Source of the DNA: an uncultured bacterium
GTDB taxonomy: Bacteria; Krumholzibacteriota; Krumholzibacteriia; LZORAL124-64-63
Direction of reading: 5' to 3'
Assembly (NCBI GenBank): GCA_963732385.1
Contig: CAVSZB010000008.1
Span: forward strand, 32,001 to 96,000
Length of the DNA: 64,000 nucleotides
In this document: positions 29,211 to 41,822 of the stretch, piece by piece
Numbering within the stretch: the first letter of the stretch is position 1
How the letters are laid out: every line of letters begins with the position of its first letter
Made by a program: the position numbers and the translations under genes
The notes under the pieces: generated by a model
Databases searched by the model: none
What the model was told of the DNA's origin: nothing
What the model saw: the letters and a program-made list of their open reading frames with translations, nothing else

Positions 29211-31292
29211 ATGTCGCGGCAGGTCAGACTCGGGTCAGTGCGCGATATCGGGATTATGGCGCATATCGACGCCGGGAAGACTACCACGACCGAGCGCATC
29301 CTGTACTACACCGGACGTGTGCACAGGCCGGGCGAGGTCGACGACGGCGCGACCCAGATGGATTGGATGGAGCAGGAACGGGAGCGCGGGATCACGATCA
29401 CGGCCGCGGCCACGACCTGCATCTGGCGGGACCACTGGGTGAACATCATCGATACCCCGGGTCATGTGGATTTCACGGTAGAGGTGGAGCGGAGTCTGCG
29501 GGTGCTCGATGGGGCGGTGGCGGTTTTCTGCGGGGTGGGCGGCGTGGAGCCGCAGTCGGAGACGGTCTGGCGGCAGGCGGACAAGTACGGAGTGCCGAGG
29601 ATCGCCTTCGTCAACAAGATGGATCGTTCCGGCGCCGATTTCCGGCGCGCGGTGAAGATGATCCGGGAGCGGTTGGGCGCCAATCCGGTGCCGGTCCAGC
29701 TCCCGATGGGTTCCGGAGAAGGGTTCACGGGCGTGATTGACCTGCTCGGCATGCAGGCGCGGACTTACGACCAGGCCACCCTGGGCGCGAGTTTCGTCAA
29801 CGCCCCTATTCCGGACGAGTACGCGGCCGAGGCTGCGACGGCGCGTCGGCAGTTGATCGAGTCGCTGGCCGATGTGGACGAGGGGATCATGGAGTCGTAC
29901 GTGGCGGAACGTACGCCGACCGTGGAGGAGCTGCAGGCCGCGCTGCGCCGGGTCACCCTGGCGGCGGCGGGCGTGCCGGTTCTCTGTGGCGCCGCTGTTC
30001 GCAACAGCGGGATCCAGCCGCTGCTCGATGCCGTGGTCGACTACCTGCCCAGCCCGCTCGACAAACCGGTGGTGACCGGCTGGCGCCCGCACGACATGGC
30101 CGTGGTGACGCGCGGCACTGGCGACGACGAGCCGCTGGCCGCCCTTGCGTTCAAGATCCAGACCGATCGCCACGCCGGACGCCTGGCCTACGTGCGCGTC
30201 TACAGCGGCACGCTGACCGCCGGCAAGGTCGTGCTCAATGCGAATACCGGCAAGCGCGAGCGGATTACGAAGATCCTGCGCATGCACGCCAACAAGCGCG
30301 AGGAGCTCAGCGAAGCCCGCAGCGGCGACATCGTGGCCGTCGTCGGCTTCAAACAGCTCCGCACGGGTGACACCCTCTGCGCGCTCGATGCGCCGATCAC
30401 GCTCGAAGAGATGACTTTCCCGGAGCCGGTGGTCTTCGTGGCGATCGAGCCGCGGACCAAGGCGGACCAGGACAAGCTGGCCGAGGCTCTCGCCGCGTTG
30501 TCGGATGAGGACCCCACGTTCCACGTCCGCAAGGACGGGGACACCGGTCAGACGATAATCTCGGGTATGGGGGAGCTCCATCTCGAGATCCTGTGCGATC
30601 GGATGAAGCGCGAGTTCGGGGTCGGGTGCAACGTCGGCCGTCCGCAGGTGGCCTACCGCGAAACGATTGGGCGGGAAACGCGCCAGGAGTTCGTGTTCGA
30701 GCGCACCGCCGGCGGCAAAGCGCAGTTTGCCCGCGTCGTGCTGGACCTGGCGCCGCTGCCGATCGGCTCCGGCCTGCGTTTCGCGAGCGTCATCGCCCGC
30801 GATGCCCTGCCGGCCGGCTGGCTGGCGCACGTGGAAACCGGCGTGCGGCAGGCTTGCGACACCGGCGTGCTGGCCGGTTACGCGTTGACTGATCTCGCCG
30901 TGACGCTGGCCGAGGTGACCTTCCGGGAAGTGGATTCCACGGAGGCCGCTTTCCACGGCGCCGCCGTGCAGGCGATGTGGGACGGCGCCAAGTCCGCCGA
31001 GCCGGCTCTGCTCGAGCCGATCATGGCGGTCGAGGTTTCGGCGCCGGCCGAGTATCTCGGCGGCGTGATTTCGCAGTTGAACGCCAAGCGCGGCCGCATC
31101 CATGGCACCGAGCCCAGGGGCGAGGCACAGGTGGTCCGGGCGGAAGTCCCGCTGGTGGAAATGTTCGGCTATGCCTCGGACCTGCGCTCCGCGACGCAGG
31201 GCCGCGGCGGTTATACGATGCAGTTTGCCCGCTACGAGCGGGTCCCGGAGAGGATCGCGACGGAGATCATGCGTCGGTTCGTGGGCGCCTGA
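29211..31292 (+). CDS. fusA: Elongation factor G, divergent (EF-G2/recycling-like domain IV)
   Basis: [34 protein letters not shown] and LLEPIM present; domain IV tip motifs altered. Confidence 0.93.
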   Translation: MSRQVRLGSVRDIGIMAHIDAGKTTTTERILYYTGRVHRPGEVDDGATQMDWMEQERERGITITAAATTCIWRDHWVNIIDTPGHVDFTVEVERSLRVLDGAVAVFCGVGGVEPQSETVWRQADKYGVPRIAFVNKMDRSGADFRRAVKMIRERLGANPVPVQLPMGSGEGFTGVIDLLGMQARTYDQATLGASFVNAPIPDEYAAEAATARRQLIESLADVDEGIMESYVAERTPTVEELQAALRRVTLAAAGVPVLCGAAVRNSGIQPLLDAVVDYLPSPLDKPVVTGWRPHDMAVVTRGTGDDEPLAALAFKIQTDRHAGRLAYVRVYSGTLTAGKVVLNANTGKRERITKILRMHANKREELSEARSGDIVAVVGFKQLRTGDTLCALDAPITLEEMTFPEPVVFVAIEPRTKADQDKLAEALAALSDEDPTFHVRKDGDTGQTIISGMGELHLEILCDRMKREFGVGCNVGRPQVAYRETIGRETRQEFVFERTAGGKAQFARVVLDLAPLPIGSGLRFASVIARDALPAGWLAHVETGVRQACDTGVLAGYALTDLAVTLAEVTFREVDSTEAAFHGAAVQAMWDGAKSAEPALLEPIMAVEVSAPAEYLGGVISQLNAKRGRIHGTEPRGEAQVVRAEVPLVEMFGYASDLRSATQGRGGYTMQFARYERVPERIATEIMRRFVGA

Positions 31293-31326
31293 GTCGCCCA
31301 GGACAATTGAAGGAGGTCGACCGCTG

Positions 31327-32520
<1,194 letters not shown>

Positions 32521-32646
32521 CGGAAGGAATCGGGGCCGGTGCGCCGGCCCCGCGGCACTGCCGCCCGAAGCGGCGGAGCGCGCGACAGGTGAGCAGGCGC
32601 CGGCCGCAGGTCGGCGAAGCTGGGGTAGCCTCGCGAAGGAGATGAA

Positions 32647-32955
32647 GTGGCAAGACAGAACATCAAGATCCGCCTTAAGGCCTACGAGGCCGCGGTGCTG
32701 GATCGATCGGCGCAGATCATCGTGCAGACGGCGCTGCGGACCGGAGCCCTCGTGAAGGGTCCGGTGCCGCTGCCGACCAAGCGCTCGTTCTACACCGTGT
32801 TGCGCTCGCCGCACGTGGACAAGAAGTCGCGTGAGCAGTTCGAAATGCGGATCCACAAGCGGCTGATCGAGATCGAGAACTCGACCCCGCAGACCACCGA
32901 ATTTCTGCGCAAGCTGACGCTGCCGGCCAGCGTCGACGTAGAAATCAAGGTCTGA
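32647..32955 (+). CDS. rpsJ: 30S ribosomal protein S10
   Basis: [27 protein letters not shown]. Confidence 0.98.
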   Translation: MARQNIKIRLKAYEAAVLDRSAQIIVQTALRTGALVKGPVPLPTKRSFYTVLRSPHVDKKSREQFEMRIHKRLIEIENSTPQTTEFLRKLTLPASVDVEIKV

Positions 32956-33002
32956 CGGCCAGACTGTCCGCGCGGGGCCAGGGAGCCATAAGGGAGCCAG
33001 TG

Positions 33003-33626
33003 ATGAAGGGACTGATCGGCAAGAAGATTGGCATGACGCGCCAGTTCGACGAGAACGGGCGCGCGGTGCCGGTCACCGTGATACAGGCCGGTCCCTGCGT
33101 CGTGACGCAGGTCAAGACCGTCGCCCGCGATGGCTATGACGCTGTTCAGGTCGGCTTCGGCAATACCAAGCCGAAGAACACTCCGTTGCCGTTGCAAGGG
33201 CATTTTCGCCGCGCGGGTGTCACAGACATGCCGCGCGTAATGCGGGAATTCGCCAGCGAAGGGACGCCTGCCTGCAAGCCTGGCGATCGTCTCGATGTGT
33301 CGCTGCTCGAAGGGGTCCTGCAGGTGGATGTGACCGGGGTGACGAAGGGGCGGGGTTTCGCGGGCACCATCAAGCGGTGGAACTATCACCGCGGCCCCGC
33401 GGCCCACGGCAGCAAGAACGTCCGCGAGCCCGGCTCGATCGGTATGCATACCAAGCCTGGCCGCGTGATCAAGGGCAAGCATCTGCCCGGGCACTATGGC
33501 GCCAAGCGGGAAACGAAGAAGAACCTGACCGTTTTCAAGATCGACCCCGAGCGGAACCTCCTGCTGGTGAAGGGGAGCGTTCCGGGCTGCCGAAACGGGA
33601 TCGTGTACATCCGGCCGAGCCGCTAG
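33003..33626 (+). CDS. rplC: 50S ribosomal protein L3
   Basis: GKKIGMT, DGYDAVQ, KGRGFAG.IKRW. Confidence 0.98.
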   Translation: MKGLIGKKIGMTRQFDENGRAVPVTVIQAGPCVVTQVKTVARDGYDAVQVGFGNTKPKNTPLPLQGHFRRAGVTDMPRVMREFASEGTPACKPGDRLDVSLLEGVLQVDVTGVTKGRGFAGTIKRWNYHRGPAAHGSKNVREPGSIGMHTKPGRVIKGKHLPGHYGAKRETKKNLTVFKIDPERNLLLVKGSVPGCRNGIVYIRPSR

Positions 33627-33671
33627 CGCGGCCGGCGGACCCGAACGGGTCCGTCGCGATGAGGGAGACCC

Positions 33672-34301
33672 ATGGCTACGGCGAATCTCTTCAGCAGGAC
33701 CGGCGAGTCGCAGGGCACGGTGCCGCTGCCGGACGCCCTGTTCGAGCAGCCGGTGCACCGGCAGGCCCTCTGGGAGGCTGTCAAGTGCTACCTGGCCAAT
33801 CAGCGCCACGGCACGCATGACACCCAGACCCGCGGCGAGGTCGCCTATTCGGGGCGCAAGCTGTATCGCCAGAAGGGCACGGGGCGCGCCCGCGCGGGCG
33901 ATGCGCGTTCGCCGGTGCGCGTGGGTGGCGGCACGATCTTCGGTCCGCATCCGCGTGACTACGGCTACAAGCTGCCGAAGCAGGTCAAGCGGATTGCGCT
34001 GACTTCGGCGTTGAGCGACCGGGCCACGCATGGGCGGGTGCTCGTGGTGGAGGATTTTTCGCTCGAGAAGCCGCGGACCAGTGAGATGGCGAAGCTTCTG
34101 GCGGCCCTGCCGCTCCAGGAAGCACATACGTTGTTCGTTCTGCCGCGCGAGGCGAATAACCTGTGGAAGTCGTTGCGCAACGTGCGCAACGTGCGCGTTC
34201 TGCGCAGCCACGAATTGAACACGTATACTGTTCTCTGGGCGGACAACTTGGTATTCACAAGGACCGCCCTCGGCGGCGCCGAGGAGGTGTTCGGGTCGTG
34301 A
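33672..34301 (+). CDS. rplD: 50S ribosomal protein L4
   Basis: [20 protein letters not shown]. Confidence 0.98.
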   Translation: MATANLFSRTGESQGTVPLPDALFEQPVHRQALWEAVKCYLANQRHGTHDTQTRGEVAYSGRKLYRQKGTGRARAGDARSPVRVGGGTIFGPHPRDYGYKLPKQVKRIALTSALSDRATHGRVLVVEDFSLEKPRTSEMAKLLAALPLQEAHTLFVLPREANNLWKSLRNVRNVRVLRSHELNTYTVLWADNLVFTRTALGGAEEVFGS

Positions 34302-34588
34302 AGGAACTCAGTCAGGTTATCCGGCGCCCGTTGATCACCGAACGCGGCGCGGCCATGCGCGAGGCGCACAACCAGTACTATTTCGCGGTGTTGCCCGCAG
34401 CGAACAAGCACGAGATCAAGCAGGCCGTAGAGCACTTCTTCGGCGTCAAGGTCGTCGATGTGCGCACCCAGAACCGGCCCGGCAAGCCGAAGCGTCTGGG
34501 CCGGTTCGCGGGCGAGCGCTCGGCCTGGAAAAAGGCAATTGTCACGCTGGCCGCCGATGAAAGCATCGACCTGTTCGACCTGACCTGA
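34298..34588 (+). CDS. rplW: 50S ribosomal protein L23
   Basis: [31 protein letters not shown] overlaps the rplD stop. Confidence 0.97.
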   Translation: MKELSQVIRRPLITERGAAMREAHNQYYFAVLPAANKHEIKQAVEHFFGVKVVDVRTQNRPGKPKRLGRFAGERSAWKKAIVTLAADESIDLFDLT

Positions 34589-34646
34589 TCCGGGCCGGCC
34601 GCGGCGGCCGTGGGGCCGCGCGGACCCGAAGGGGAGTTGGAGCAAG

Positions 34647-35474
34647 ATGGCGATCAAAAAGCTGAAGCCCGTCACGCCCGGCCAGCGCTTCCGCACGGTT
34701 TCCGACTTCGCGGAACTGACTACGTCGACTCCGGAGAAATCGCTGATCAGGCCGTTGAAGAAGAGCGGTGGGCGCAACAACCGTGGTCGGGTCACCGCTT
34801 TCCAGCGTGGCGGCGGACACAAGCGGCGCTATCGCCTGATCGACTTCAAGCGCGACAAGCTGAACATCCCGGCCCGCGTATCGACGATCGAGTACGATCC
34901 CAACCGCAGCGGGCGCATCGTGTTGCTGGTCTACGCCGATGGCGAGAAGCGCTACATCCTCTGGCCGAACGGGCTGAAGGTGGGCGACACGGTGATAGCG
35001 GGCGACGACGTTGCGTTCAACGTCGGCAATGCGCTGCCGCTCGGCAAGATCCCGCTCGGTACGTTGGTGCACAACGTGGAGCTGCAGCTGGGCCGCGGCG
35101 GGCAGATGGCCCGCAGTGCCGGTTCCTACGCCCAGGTCATGGCCAAGGAAGGCGACTACGTCACTCTGCGCCTGCCCAGCGGGGAAGTGCGCATGGTGCA
35201 CCGCCGCTGTTGCGCCACGATCGGCGAGATGGGCAATGCCACGCATGAGAACGTCATCATCGGCAAGGCCGGCAAGTCGCGCTGGCTCGGCCGGCGCCCG
35301 CATGTGCGCGGCGTGGCGATGAATCCCTTCGACCACCCGCACGGCGGTGGCGAGGGTCGCACCTCGGGCGGGCGGCATCCCTGCACTCCGTGGGGCAAGC
35401 CGACCAAGGGTTACAAGACGCGCAAGAAGCAGCCGTCCGACGCTTTCATCGTGCGGCGGCGGAACGCGAAGTAG
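34647..35474 (+). CDS. rplB: 50S ribosomal protein L2
   Basis: [31 protein letters not shown]. Confidence 0.99.
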   Translation: MAIKKLKPVTPGQRFRTVSDFAELTTSTPEKSLIRPLKKSGGRNNRGRVTAFQRGGGHKRRYRLIDFKRDKLNIPARVSTIEYDPNRSGRIVLLVYADGEKRYILWPNGLKVGDTVIAGDDVAFNVGNALPLGKIPLGTLVHNVELQLGRGGQMARSAGSYAQVMAKEGDYVTLRLPSGEVRMVHRRCCATIGEMGNATHENVIIGKAGKSRWLGRRPHVRGVAMNPFDHPHGGGEGRTSGGRHPCTPWGKPTKGYKTRKKQPSDAFIVRRRNAK

Positions 35475-35525
35475 CGGCGGACTGTCGGGTCCGTACACGG
35501 CCCTGACGCGGAGGATGCAGACGGC

Positions 35526-35801
35526 ATGAGTCGATCCATAAAGAAGGGTCCCTTCATCAGCGATCACCTCCTGCACAAGGTGGAGGAGCTGAACGGCAAG
35601 GGCGAGAAGCGGGTCGTCAAGACCTGGGCGCGTCGTTGCACCATCGTTCCCGAGTTTCTCGGGCACACGCTGGCCGTGCACAACGGGAAGCAGTTCGTCC
35701 CGGTGTACGTGCAGGAGAACATGGTGGGGCACAAGCTCGGTGAATTCGCGCCCTCGCGGACCTACCGCGGGCACACGAGCAAAGAAAAGTCAAAGAAGTA
35801 G
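35526..35801 (+). CDS. rpsS: 30S ribosomal protein S19
   Basis: [19 protein letters not shown]. Confidence 0.98.
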   Translation: MSRSIKKGPFISDHLLHKVEELNGKGEKRVVKTWARRCTIVPEFLGHTLAVHNGKQFVPVYVQENMVGHKLGEFAPSRTYRGHTSKEKSKK

Positions 35802-35830
35802 GGCCACGGCCCGTCGGAGGTTGAGAGCGT

Positions 35831-36175
35831 ATGGAGTCCCGAGCGACGGCGCGCCACATTCGCATCGCCCCCCGCAAGGCGCGGGTGGTGGCGGACCTCG
35901 TGCGCGGCAAGAGCGTGGAGCAGGCGCTGATCATCCTCTCGCTGACGCCTAAGAAGGCGTCGCCGATCCTGAGGAAGGCGATCCTCTCGGCGGCGGCCGG
36001 CCTTCGCGAGCGCGAGGATGGGGCCAAGTTCGACCACGCGCATCTCGTGGTGAGCGATGTCCGCGTGGACCAGGGACCGATGCAGAAGCGCATCCGGCCG
36101 CGCGCACAGGGGCGAGCGTACCGCATCCTGAAGCGATCGAGCCATTTCAAGGTAACGGTTTCGTCCGTCGGCTAG
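35831..36175 (+). CDS. rplV: 50S ribosomal protein L22
   Basis: PRKARVVADLVRGK; PRAQGRA. Confidence 0.98.
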   Translation: MESRATARHIRIAPRKARVVADLVRGKSVEQALIILSLTPKKASPILRKAILSAAAGLREREDGAKFDHAHLVVSDVRVDQGPMQKRIRPRAQGRAYRILKRSSHFKVTVSSVG

Positions 36176-36265
36176 GCCGGCGAACGGTCGGGGCCGCCAC
36201 GGCGACCCCGACGGCGCCGCGATCGCCCGGGCGGGCGCGGCGGGGCAGTCAGGAAAGGAAGGCAC

Positions 36266-36940
36266 ATGGGGCAGAAGACACATCCGGTGGGTTTCCGGCT
36301 TGGCATCGTGAAGGACTGGAACTCGACCTGGTTCAGCGACAAGGGCTACGCTGACTGGCTCAACGAGGACCTGCTGCTGCGCCGCTATATCCTGGCGCGC
36401 GTGGGCAACGCGGGCGTTGCCTGGGTCAAGATCCGGCGCCACCGGGAGAAGGTCACGATCATCGTAGGCACCAGCCGCCCCGGGGTGGTCATCGGGCGCA
36501 AGGGCGCGAAGGCCGATCAGCTCCGCGCGGAGCTGCAGAAGATGATCAAGAAGGACGTCAAGCTGGACGTCGAGGAGATCAAGAAGCCGGAGTTGTCGGC
36601 GCCCCTGGTGGCGGAGCATGTGGGTCTGCAGTTGACGGGTCGTGTTTCGTTCCGCCGCGCCATGAAGAAGTCGATTGCCACGGCCATGCGCATGGGTGCG
36701 AAGGGCATCAAGATCCGCTGCGCCGGTCGGCTGGGCGGCGCCGAGATGGCCCGCGTCGAGAACTACAAGGACGGCAGCGTGCCTCTGCATACGCTCCGGG
36801 CGGACATCGATTACGGCCAGTACACGGCGCGCACGACGTACGGGGCCATTGGCGTGAAGGTATGGATCTGCAGGGGTGAGGTGTTCCCGGCGGATTTCAA
36901 GAATCAGCTGCGCGGCACCATCCACGAGGAACGCTCCTGA
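36266..36940 (+). CDS. rpsC: 30S ribosomal protein S3
   Basis: MGQKTHP.GFRLG; GRLGGAEMAR; PLHTLRADIDY. Confidence 0.98.
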   Translation: MGQKTHPVGFRLGIVKDWNSTWFSDKGYADWLNEDLLLRRYILARVGNAGVAWVKIRRHREKVTIIVGTSRPGVVIGRKGAKADQLRAELQKMIKKDVKLDVEEIKKPELSAPLVAEHVGLQLTGRVSFRRAMKKSIATAMRMGAKGIKIRCAGRLGGAEMARVENYKDGSVPLHTLRADIDYGQYTARTTYGAIGVKVWICRGEVFPADFKNQLRGTIHEERS

Positions 36941-36999
36941 CGGAAGCGGCCCGGCGTCGCTGATGCGACCGGGGCCAGGCTGGGAGAGGACGACGAGCC

Positions 37000-37413
37000 A
37001 TGTTGATGCCCAAGAGGACGAAGTTCCGCAAGATGATGAAGGGCCGGCGTCGGGGCCTGGCCTTCCGCGGGTCGACGATCGCCTTCGGCGATTTCGGCCT
37101 GCAGGTCCTGGAGCCCGGCTGGCTGAAGAGCCGGCAGATCGAGGCCGCCCGTATCGCGATCACGCGCCAGATGAAGCGCGCGGGCAATGTCTGGATCCGG
37201 GTCTTTCCGGACAAGCCGATCACGCTCAAGCCGGCGGAGACGCGCATGGGCAAGGGCAAGGGCAGTCCGGAGTACTGGGTCGCCGTGGTGAAGCCGGGTC
37301 GGATCCTGTTCGAGATCAACGGCGTCAACGGCGACACCGCCAAGACCGCGCTGAACCTGGGCGCCTCGAAGCTGCCCTTCAAGACGCGCATCGTTCGTCG
37401 GGAAGGGGAGTGA
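37000..37413 (+). CDS. rplP: 50S ribosomal protein L16
   Basis: [24 protein letters not shown]. Confidence 0.98.
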   Translation: MLMPKRTKFRKMMKGRRRGLAFRGSTIAFGDFGLQVLEPGWLKSRQIEAARIAITRQMKRAGNVWIRVFPDKPITLKPAETRMGKGKGSPEYWVAVVKPGRILFEINGVNGDTAKTALNLGASKLPFKTRIVRREGE

Positions 37414-37414
37414 G

Positions 37415-37618
37415 ATGGCAGGCAGGAAGGCGCACGATCTTCGTGAGATGACGCTCGTGGAACTGGAAAACCTGGGCCGCGAGCAGGCGGAAACCCTGTT
37501 GCAGCAGCGGATGAAGCTCCGCCTGCGTCAGGTGGACAACCCGTTGACGGTCCGCGTGATGCGGAGGGAACTCGCGATCATCAAGACCGTGATCACCGAG
37601 AAGCGGTCGGGCCGCTGA
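37415..37618 (+). CDS. rpmC: 50S ribosomal protein L29
   Basis: KA.DLRE...EL, NP..R..RRELA.IKT; gene order. Confidence 0.92.
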   Translation: MAGRKAHDLREMTLVELENLGREQAETLLQQRMKLRLRQVDNPLTVRVMRRELAIIKTVITEKRSGR

Positions 37619-37674
37619 TGCGGGCCGGCAAACCGTCCCGGGAGCAGGCTGCCGGCGGGACAGGGAGAGCTGAG

Positions 37675-37950
37675 ATGGAGAAGCAGGAGCAGGGGCAGGA
37701 CAGGAACCTGAGGATGGTGCGCATAGGGAGCGTTGTGTCCAGCGACATGGACAAGACGATCGTCGTGCGCGTCGACCGCCGGATCCAGCATCCCCTCTAC
37801 AAGCGGATCGTCAGTCGCTCCTCCAAGCTCTACGCCCATGATGAGGCGAACGAGTGCAAGGTCGGCGACGTTGTCAAAGTCATGTCCACGCGGCCGCTTT
37901 CGAAGACGAAGCGCTGGCGTGTCGCCGAGATCATCGAGCGGGCAAAGTAA
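37675..37950 (+). CDS. rpsQ: 30S ribosomal protein S17
   Basis: [25 protein letters not shown]. Confidence 0.97.
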   Translation: MEKQEQGQDRNLRMVRIGSVVSSDMDKTIVVRVDRRIQHPLYKRIVSRSSKLYAHDEANECKVGDVVKVMSTRPLSKTKRWRVAEIIERAK

Positions 37951-37970
37951 GAGAGCCCGGAGGACGGATC

Positions 37971-38339
37971 ATGATCCAGGAATATTCGATGCTCACAATC
38001 GCCGACAACTCCGGCGCCAAGACGGCCCGCTGCATCCGTGTTCTGGGCGGATCGGGGCGCCGCTATGCGCACGTCGGTGACGTTATTGTCGTGACCATCA
38101 AGAGCGCCATCCCCAACAGCAACTTCAAGAAGGGGCAGGTGGCGAAAGCGGTGGTGGTCAGGACCAAAAAGGAGATCGGCCGCAAGGACGGCTCCTACAT
38201 CCGTTTCGGCGAGAACGCTGCGGTCATCATCAACGATGACAAGGAGCCGGTGGGGACGCGCATTTTCGGTCCCGTCGCCCGGGAACTCCGCGACCATCGT
38301 TTCATGAAGATCGTATCTCTCGCCCCGGAGGTGCTGTGA
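37971..38339 (+). CDS. rplN: 50S ribosomal protein L14
   Basis: MIQ...[18 protein letters not shown]. Confidence 0.98.
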   Translation: MIQEYSMLTIADNSGAKTARCIRVLGGSGRRYAHVGDVIVVTIKSAIPNSNFKKGQVAKAVVVRTKKEIGRKDGSYIRFGENAAVIINDDKEPVGTRIFGPVARELRDHRFMKIVSLAPEVL

Positions 38340-38653
38340 TGCACGTCCGCAAGAATGACAAGGTCAAGGTGATCTCCGGCAATGATCGCGGAAAGATCGG
38401 GCAGGTGCTCAAGGTCTTCCCGGAAACGAACAAGGTCATCGTTGAAAAGGTCAACCTGATCAAGCGCCACACCAAACGCAGCCAGGCCATGCCGCAGGGC
38501 GGCATCATCGAGAAGGAGGGGCCGATCACGGTCTCGACGGTGATGTTGATCTGTCCGAAGTGTGGCGAAGCGGCACGCACCGGGCGGGTGGTCCTCGCGG
38601 ACGGCTCGCGCGCGCGGTCGTGCAAGAGTTGCGGGGAGATGTTGGGCGAGTAG
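38339..38653 (+). CDS. rplX: 50S ribosomal protein L24
   Basis: [22 protein letters not shown]. Confidence 0.97.
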   Translation: MHVRKNDKVKVISGNDRGKIGQVLKVFPETNKVIVEKVNLIKRHTKRSQAMPQGGIIEKEGPITVSTVMLICPKCGEAARTGRVVLADGSRARSCKSCGEMLGE

Positions 38654-38681
38654 ACGGGACCTCGGGGAGGAACGAGCAGAG

Positions 38682-39275
38682 ATGGCGAAGAAGAAGGAAG
38701 TGGCGGCGCCCGCCCAGCCGACCGGCCCCCGGCCGAAACCGCGGCTGCGCGAGTACTACGAGCAGTCGGTCATGACCGCGCTGCAGGAGAAGTTCGGCTA
38801 TACGAACCGGATGATGATCCCGAAACCGGTGAAGGTTGTGCTGAACATGGGCATGGGCAAGGCCGTGCAGAACCCCAAGCTCCTGGACGGAGCGCTGGCG
38901 GATCTGGGGACGGTGAGCGGGCAACTGCCTGTGACGACCTACGCCAAGAAGTCGATCTCGAACTTCAAGATCCGGCAGGGCATGCCGATCGGTGCGCGGG
39001 TCACGCTGCGCGGCGAACGGATGTGGGAGTTCCTGGATCGTTTCATCAATTTCGCCCTGCCCCGTCTGCGCGACTTCCGCGGTGTGCCTACCAAGTTGAG
39101 CGGCAGCGGCGACTTCACTCTGGGCCTGAAGGACCAGGTGGTGTTCCCCGAAATCGATTACGACAAGGTGGACGCGCCGCGTGGAATGAACCTGACGATC
39201 GTGACCACCGCCCGCAACGATGAAGAGGGCAGAGAGCTTCTCAAGCTCATGGGGATGCCGTTCCGGCGTTCGTAG
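38682..39275 (+). CDS. rplE: 50S ribosomal protein L5
   Basis: [28 protein letters not shown]. Confidence 0.98.
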   Translation: MAKKKEVAAPAQPTGPRPKPRLREYYEQSVMTALQEKFGYTNRMMIPKPVKVVLNMGMGKAVQNPKLLDGALADLGTVSGQLPVTTYAKKSISNFKIRQGMPIGARVTLRGERMWEFLDRFINFALPRLRDFRGVPTKLSGSGDFTLGLKDQVVFPEIDYDKVDAPRGMNLTIVTTARNDEEGRELLKLMGMPFRRS

Positions 39276-39286
39276 GAGGACCTGAC

Positions 39287-39472
39287 TTGGCCAAGAAGTC
39301 CCTGATCGCCAAAGCCAACCGGCCGCCGAAGTTCAAAGTGAGAGGCTACAACCGCTGCCGCCGCTGCGGGCGGCCGCGAGGGTACCTGCGGCAGTTCGGC
39401 ATGTGCAGGATCTGCTTCCGGGAGCTGGCGCTGCGGGGCGACCTCCCGGGCATAGTCAAGGCGAGCTGGTAA
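39287..39472 (+). CDS. rpsZ: 30S ribosomal protein S14 (Zn-binding, short form)
   Basis: [22 protein letters not shown]; 61 aa. Confidence 0.96.
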   Translation: MAKKSLIAKANRPPKFKVRGYNRCRRCGRPRGYLRQFGMCRICFRELALRGDLPGIVKASW

Positions 39473-39495
39473 AGCGCAGCGAGGAGTTGGGTAGC

Positions 39496-39903
39496 ATGAG
39501 CATGACCGATCCCATTGCGGACATGTTGACGCGGATCCGTAATGCCACGCAGGCGGGTCACCGTCGCGTGGAAATGCCTGCCTCGAACGCCAAGCGGGCT
39601 ATTGCCCGGGTGCTCAAGGAACAGGGCTACATCGCGGATGCGGCGGATGTTCCGCAGGGGCCCCAGGGGCTCCTGAGACTGACGCTCAAGTATTACGAGC
39701 GGGACGGCAAGCGCACGGGCGTGATCGAAGGCATCCGCCGGATCAGCGCGCCCGGTCGTCGCATCTACGCCGACAGGGAGACCATCCCCAAGGTGTGCGG
39801 CGGCTTCGGCATTGCCATCCTGTCCACGAACCGGGGCATCATGACCGGCCACCAGTGCCGCATCCAGGGCATCGGCGGCGAGGTGCTGGCCGAGGTCTGG
39901 TAA
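39496..39903 (+). CDS. rpsH: 30S ribosomal protein S8
   Basis: DPIADMLTRIRNA; RIS.PG.RIY; GGEVL. Confidence 0.98.
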   Translation: MSMTDPIADMLTRIRNATQAGHRRVEMPASNAKRAIARVLKEQGYIADAADVPQGPQGLLRLTLKYYERDGKRTGVIEGIRRISAPGRRIYADRETIPKVCGGFGIAILSTNRGIMTGHQCRIQGIGGEVLAEVW

Positions 39904-39931
39904 CCTCGGCAGTCTGCGGAGGAAGGGAACC

Positions 39932-40471
39932 ATGTCGCGCATTGGCAAGAAGCCGATTCCGATTCCTGCCGGAGTGACCGTCGCGGTCGAGGGCGAGACT
40001 TCGATCGTGAAGGGTCCGAAGGGGGAGTTGCGCCAGCATGTGCCGACCGGTCTCGGGTACGAGATGGTCGAGGGCCAGCTGTGCATCATTCGCCCCGACG
40101 ATAGCCGGAGGATGAGAGCGTGTCACGGACTCGTGCGTGCACTCATCGCCAACCAGGTTACGGGCGTCACCGTGGGATTCAAACGGACGCTGGACATCAT
40201 TGGCGTCGGCTACCGCGCCGCAGTCAAGGGCGACGTCCTCGACCTGCAGTTGCAGTTCAGCCACCCGGTGAGCTATGCGATCCCCGCGGGGATCACCATC
40301 AACTGCCCGGACCCGACGAAAATCGAGGTTTCCGGCCTGGATAAGCAGCGGGTGGGGCAGGTGGCGTCCGAGATACGAGCCTATCGGCCGCCCGAGCCTT
40401 ACAAGGGCAAGGGAATCAAGTACTCAGATGAGATCATCATCCGGAAGGCCGGTAAGACTGCCGGCAAGTAG
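39932..40471 (+). CDS. rplF: 50S ribosomal protein L6
   Basis: MSRIGK.PI; GVGYRA; RPPEPYKGKGI. Confidence 0.98.
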   Translation: MSRIGKKPIPIPAGVTVAVEGETSIVKGPKGELRQHVPTGLGYEMVEGQLCIIRPDDSRRMRACHGLVRALIANQVTGVTVGFKRTLDIIGVGYRAAVKGDVLDLQLQFSHPVSYAIPAGITINCPDPTKIEVSGLDKQRVGQVASEIRAYRPPEPYKGKGIKYSDEIIIRKAGKTAGK

Positions 40472-40498
40472 CCCGGCGGGGTCGGGAGGTTGGCGCTC

Positions 40499-40876
40499 AT
40501 GGACCAGTCGAGCAAGCAGAGGAAGGAAGGGCGTCAGCGCCGGAAGGTGCGCGTCCGTCGCAAGGTCAGCGGCACACCGGAGCGCCCGCGGCTGTCGGTG
40601 TTCCGCAGCCACCGGGGCATCTACGCCCAGGTCGTGGACGACTCGCTGGGGCGGACTCTGCTGGCGGCCGCAAGCGGCAGGCTTGCAGACGAAGCGCCCG
40701 TACCCGAAGGGCTCGGCGGCAAGTGCGCCGCGGCGTACCGGGTGGGTCGCCAGGTCGCTGCACTGGCGAAGGAGAAGGGGATCAGCATGATCGTCTTCGA
40801 CCGCAGCGGCTACCTCTATCACGGACGCATCGCTGCTCTGGCCCGAGGGGTCAGAGACGGCGGGATTCAGTTCTAG
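40499..40876 (+). CDS. rplR: 50S ribosomal protein L18
   Basis: [23 protein letters not shown]. Confidence 0.97.
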   Translation: MDQSSKQRKEGRQRRKVRVRRKVSGTPERPRLSVFRSHRGIYAQVVDDSLGRTLLAAASGRLADEAPVPEGLGGKCAAAYRVGRQVAALAKEKGISMIVFDRSGYLYHGRIAALARGVRDGGIQF

Positions 40877-40907
40877 GCCGGGAAGGCAAGAGGGGAGCGG
40901 GACACCG

Positions 40908-41639
40908 ATGAGCGAGATGGCAAGACCTCCGCGCAACGATGCCGGCACGGCCCCGCGCCGCGGTGGTGGCGGCGGCGGGTTCGGCGGCGGCGGGTTCGGT
41001 GGCGGTGGGTTCGGTGGGTCGCATGGCGGACCACGGGGGGGCGGTGGCCCGGGGGGCGGCGGCCCCGGTCGCGGAGGGCCCGGTTTCGGCGGTCCCCGTC
41101 GTGATGACCGCGGTCCGGCGCGCGACGGCGCGGGCGATATGCAGGAGAACGTGATCCACATCAATCGCGTGGCGAAGGTCGTCAAGGGTGGACGCCGGTT
41201 CAGCTTCAACGCGATCGTGGCGATCGGCGACGGCAAGGGATCCGTCGGAGTGGCGCTGGGCAAGGCCAACGAGATCGCGGACGCGATCCGCAAGGCGTCC
41301 GAAGGGGCCCGGGCTACGCAGATCACGGTGCCGATCAAGAACAGCACGATCCCGTACGCGGTGGTCGGCCGCTTCGGAGCGAGCACGGTGCTGCTCAAAC
41401 CGGCTACTCCCGGTACCGGCGTCATTGCCGGCGGCGGGGTGCGCGCGATCCTCGAGGCCGTGGGAATCCGCAACATCCTGACGAAGCAGCTCGGCTCGCG
41501 CAATCCTCACAACGTGGTCAAGGCGACGCTCGACGGCCTGCGGCAGTTGCGCTCGCCCGAGGAGATCGCCCGCAAGCGCGGCCTGACGGTGCCCGAACTG
41601 TTCGGGCTGCCGCGGAAGGAGGCGCCGGCGCATGAGTAG
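40908..41639 (+). CDS. rpsE: 30S ribosomal protein S5 with Gly-rich N-terminal extension
   Basis: [24 protein letters not shown]. Confidence 0.97.
   Translation: MSEMARPPRNDAGTAPRRGGGGGGFGGGGFGGGGFGGSHGGPRGGGGPGGGGPGRGGPGFGGPRRDDRGPARDGAGDMQENVIHINRVAKVVKGGRRFSFNAIVAIGDGKGSVGVALGKANEIADAIRKASEGARATQITVPIKNSTIPYAVVGRFGASTVLLKPATPGTGVIAGGGVRAILEAVGIRNILTKQLGSRNPHNVVKATLDGLRQLRSPEEIARKRGLTVPELFGLPRKEAPAHE
40968..41012 (+). repeat. 3 x 15-bp tandem repeat (GGCGGCGGCGGGTTC-like) encoding GGGGF
   Basis: Visible directly in the rpsE 5' region; the third copy has synonymous changes. Confidence 0.85.
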
Positions 41640-41820
41640 CGGCAAAATTCTCATCACGCAGTACCGCGGTCTCATCGGTCGCCCGGAGAAACAGCGCCGC
41701 ATCGTGCGGGCGCTCGGGCTGCGCCACAACCAGACCTCGGTCGTTCACAACGACACGCCGGCTATTCGCGGCATGGCTAACAAGGTCTGCCATCTGGTGC
41801 GCGTGGAAGAGGTGGAGTGA
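41632..41820 (+). CDS. rpmD: 50S ribosomal protein L30
   Basis: [22 protein letters not shown]. Confidence 0.96.
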   Translation: MSSGKILITQYRGLIGRPEKQRRIVRALGLRHNQTSVVHNDTPAIRGMANKVCHLVRVEEVE

Positions 41821-41822
41821 CG

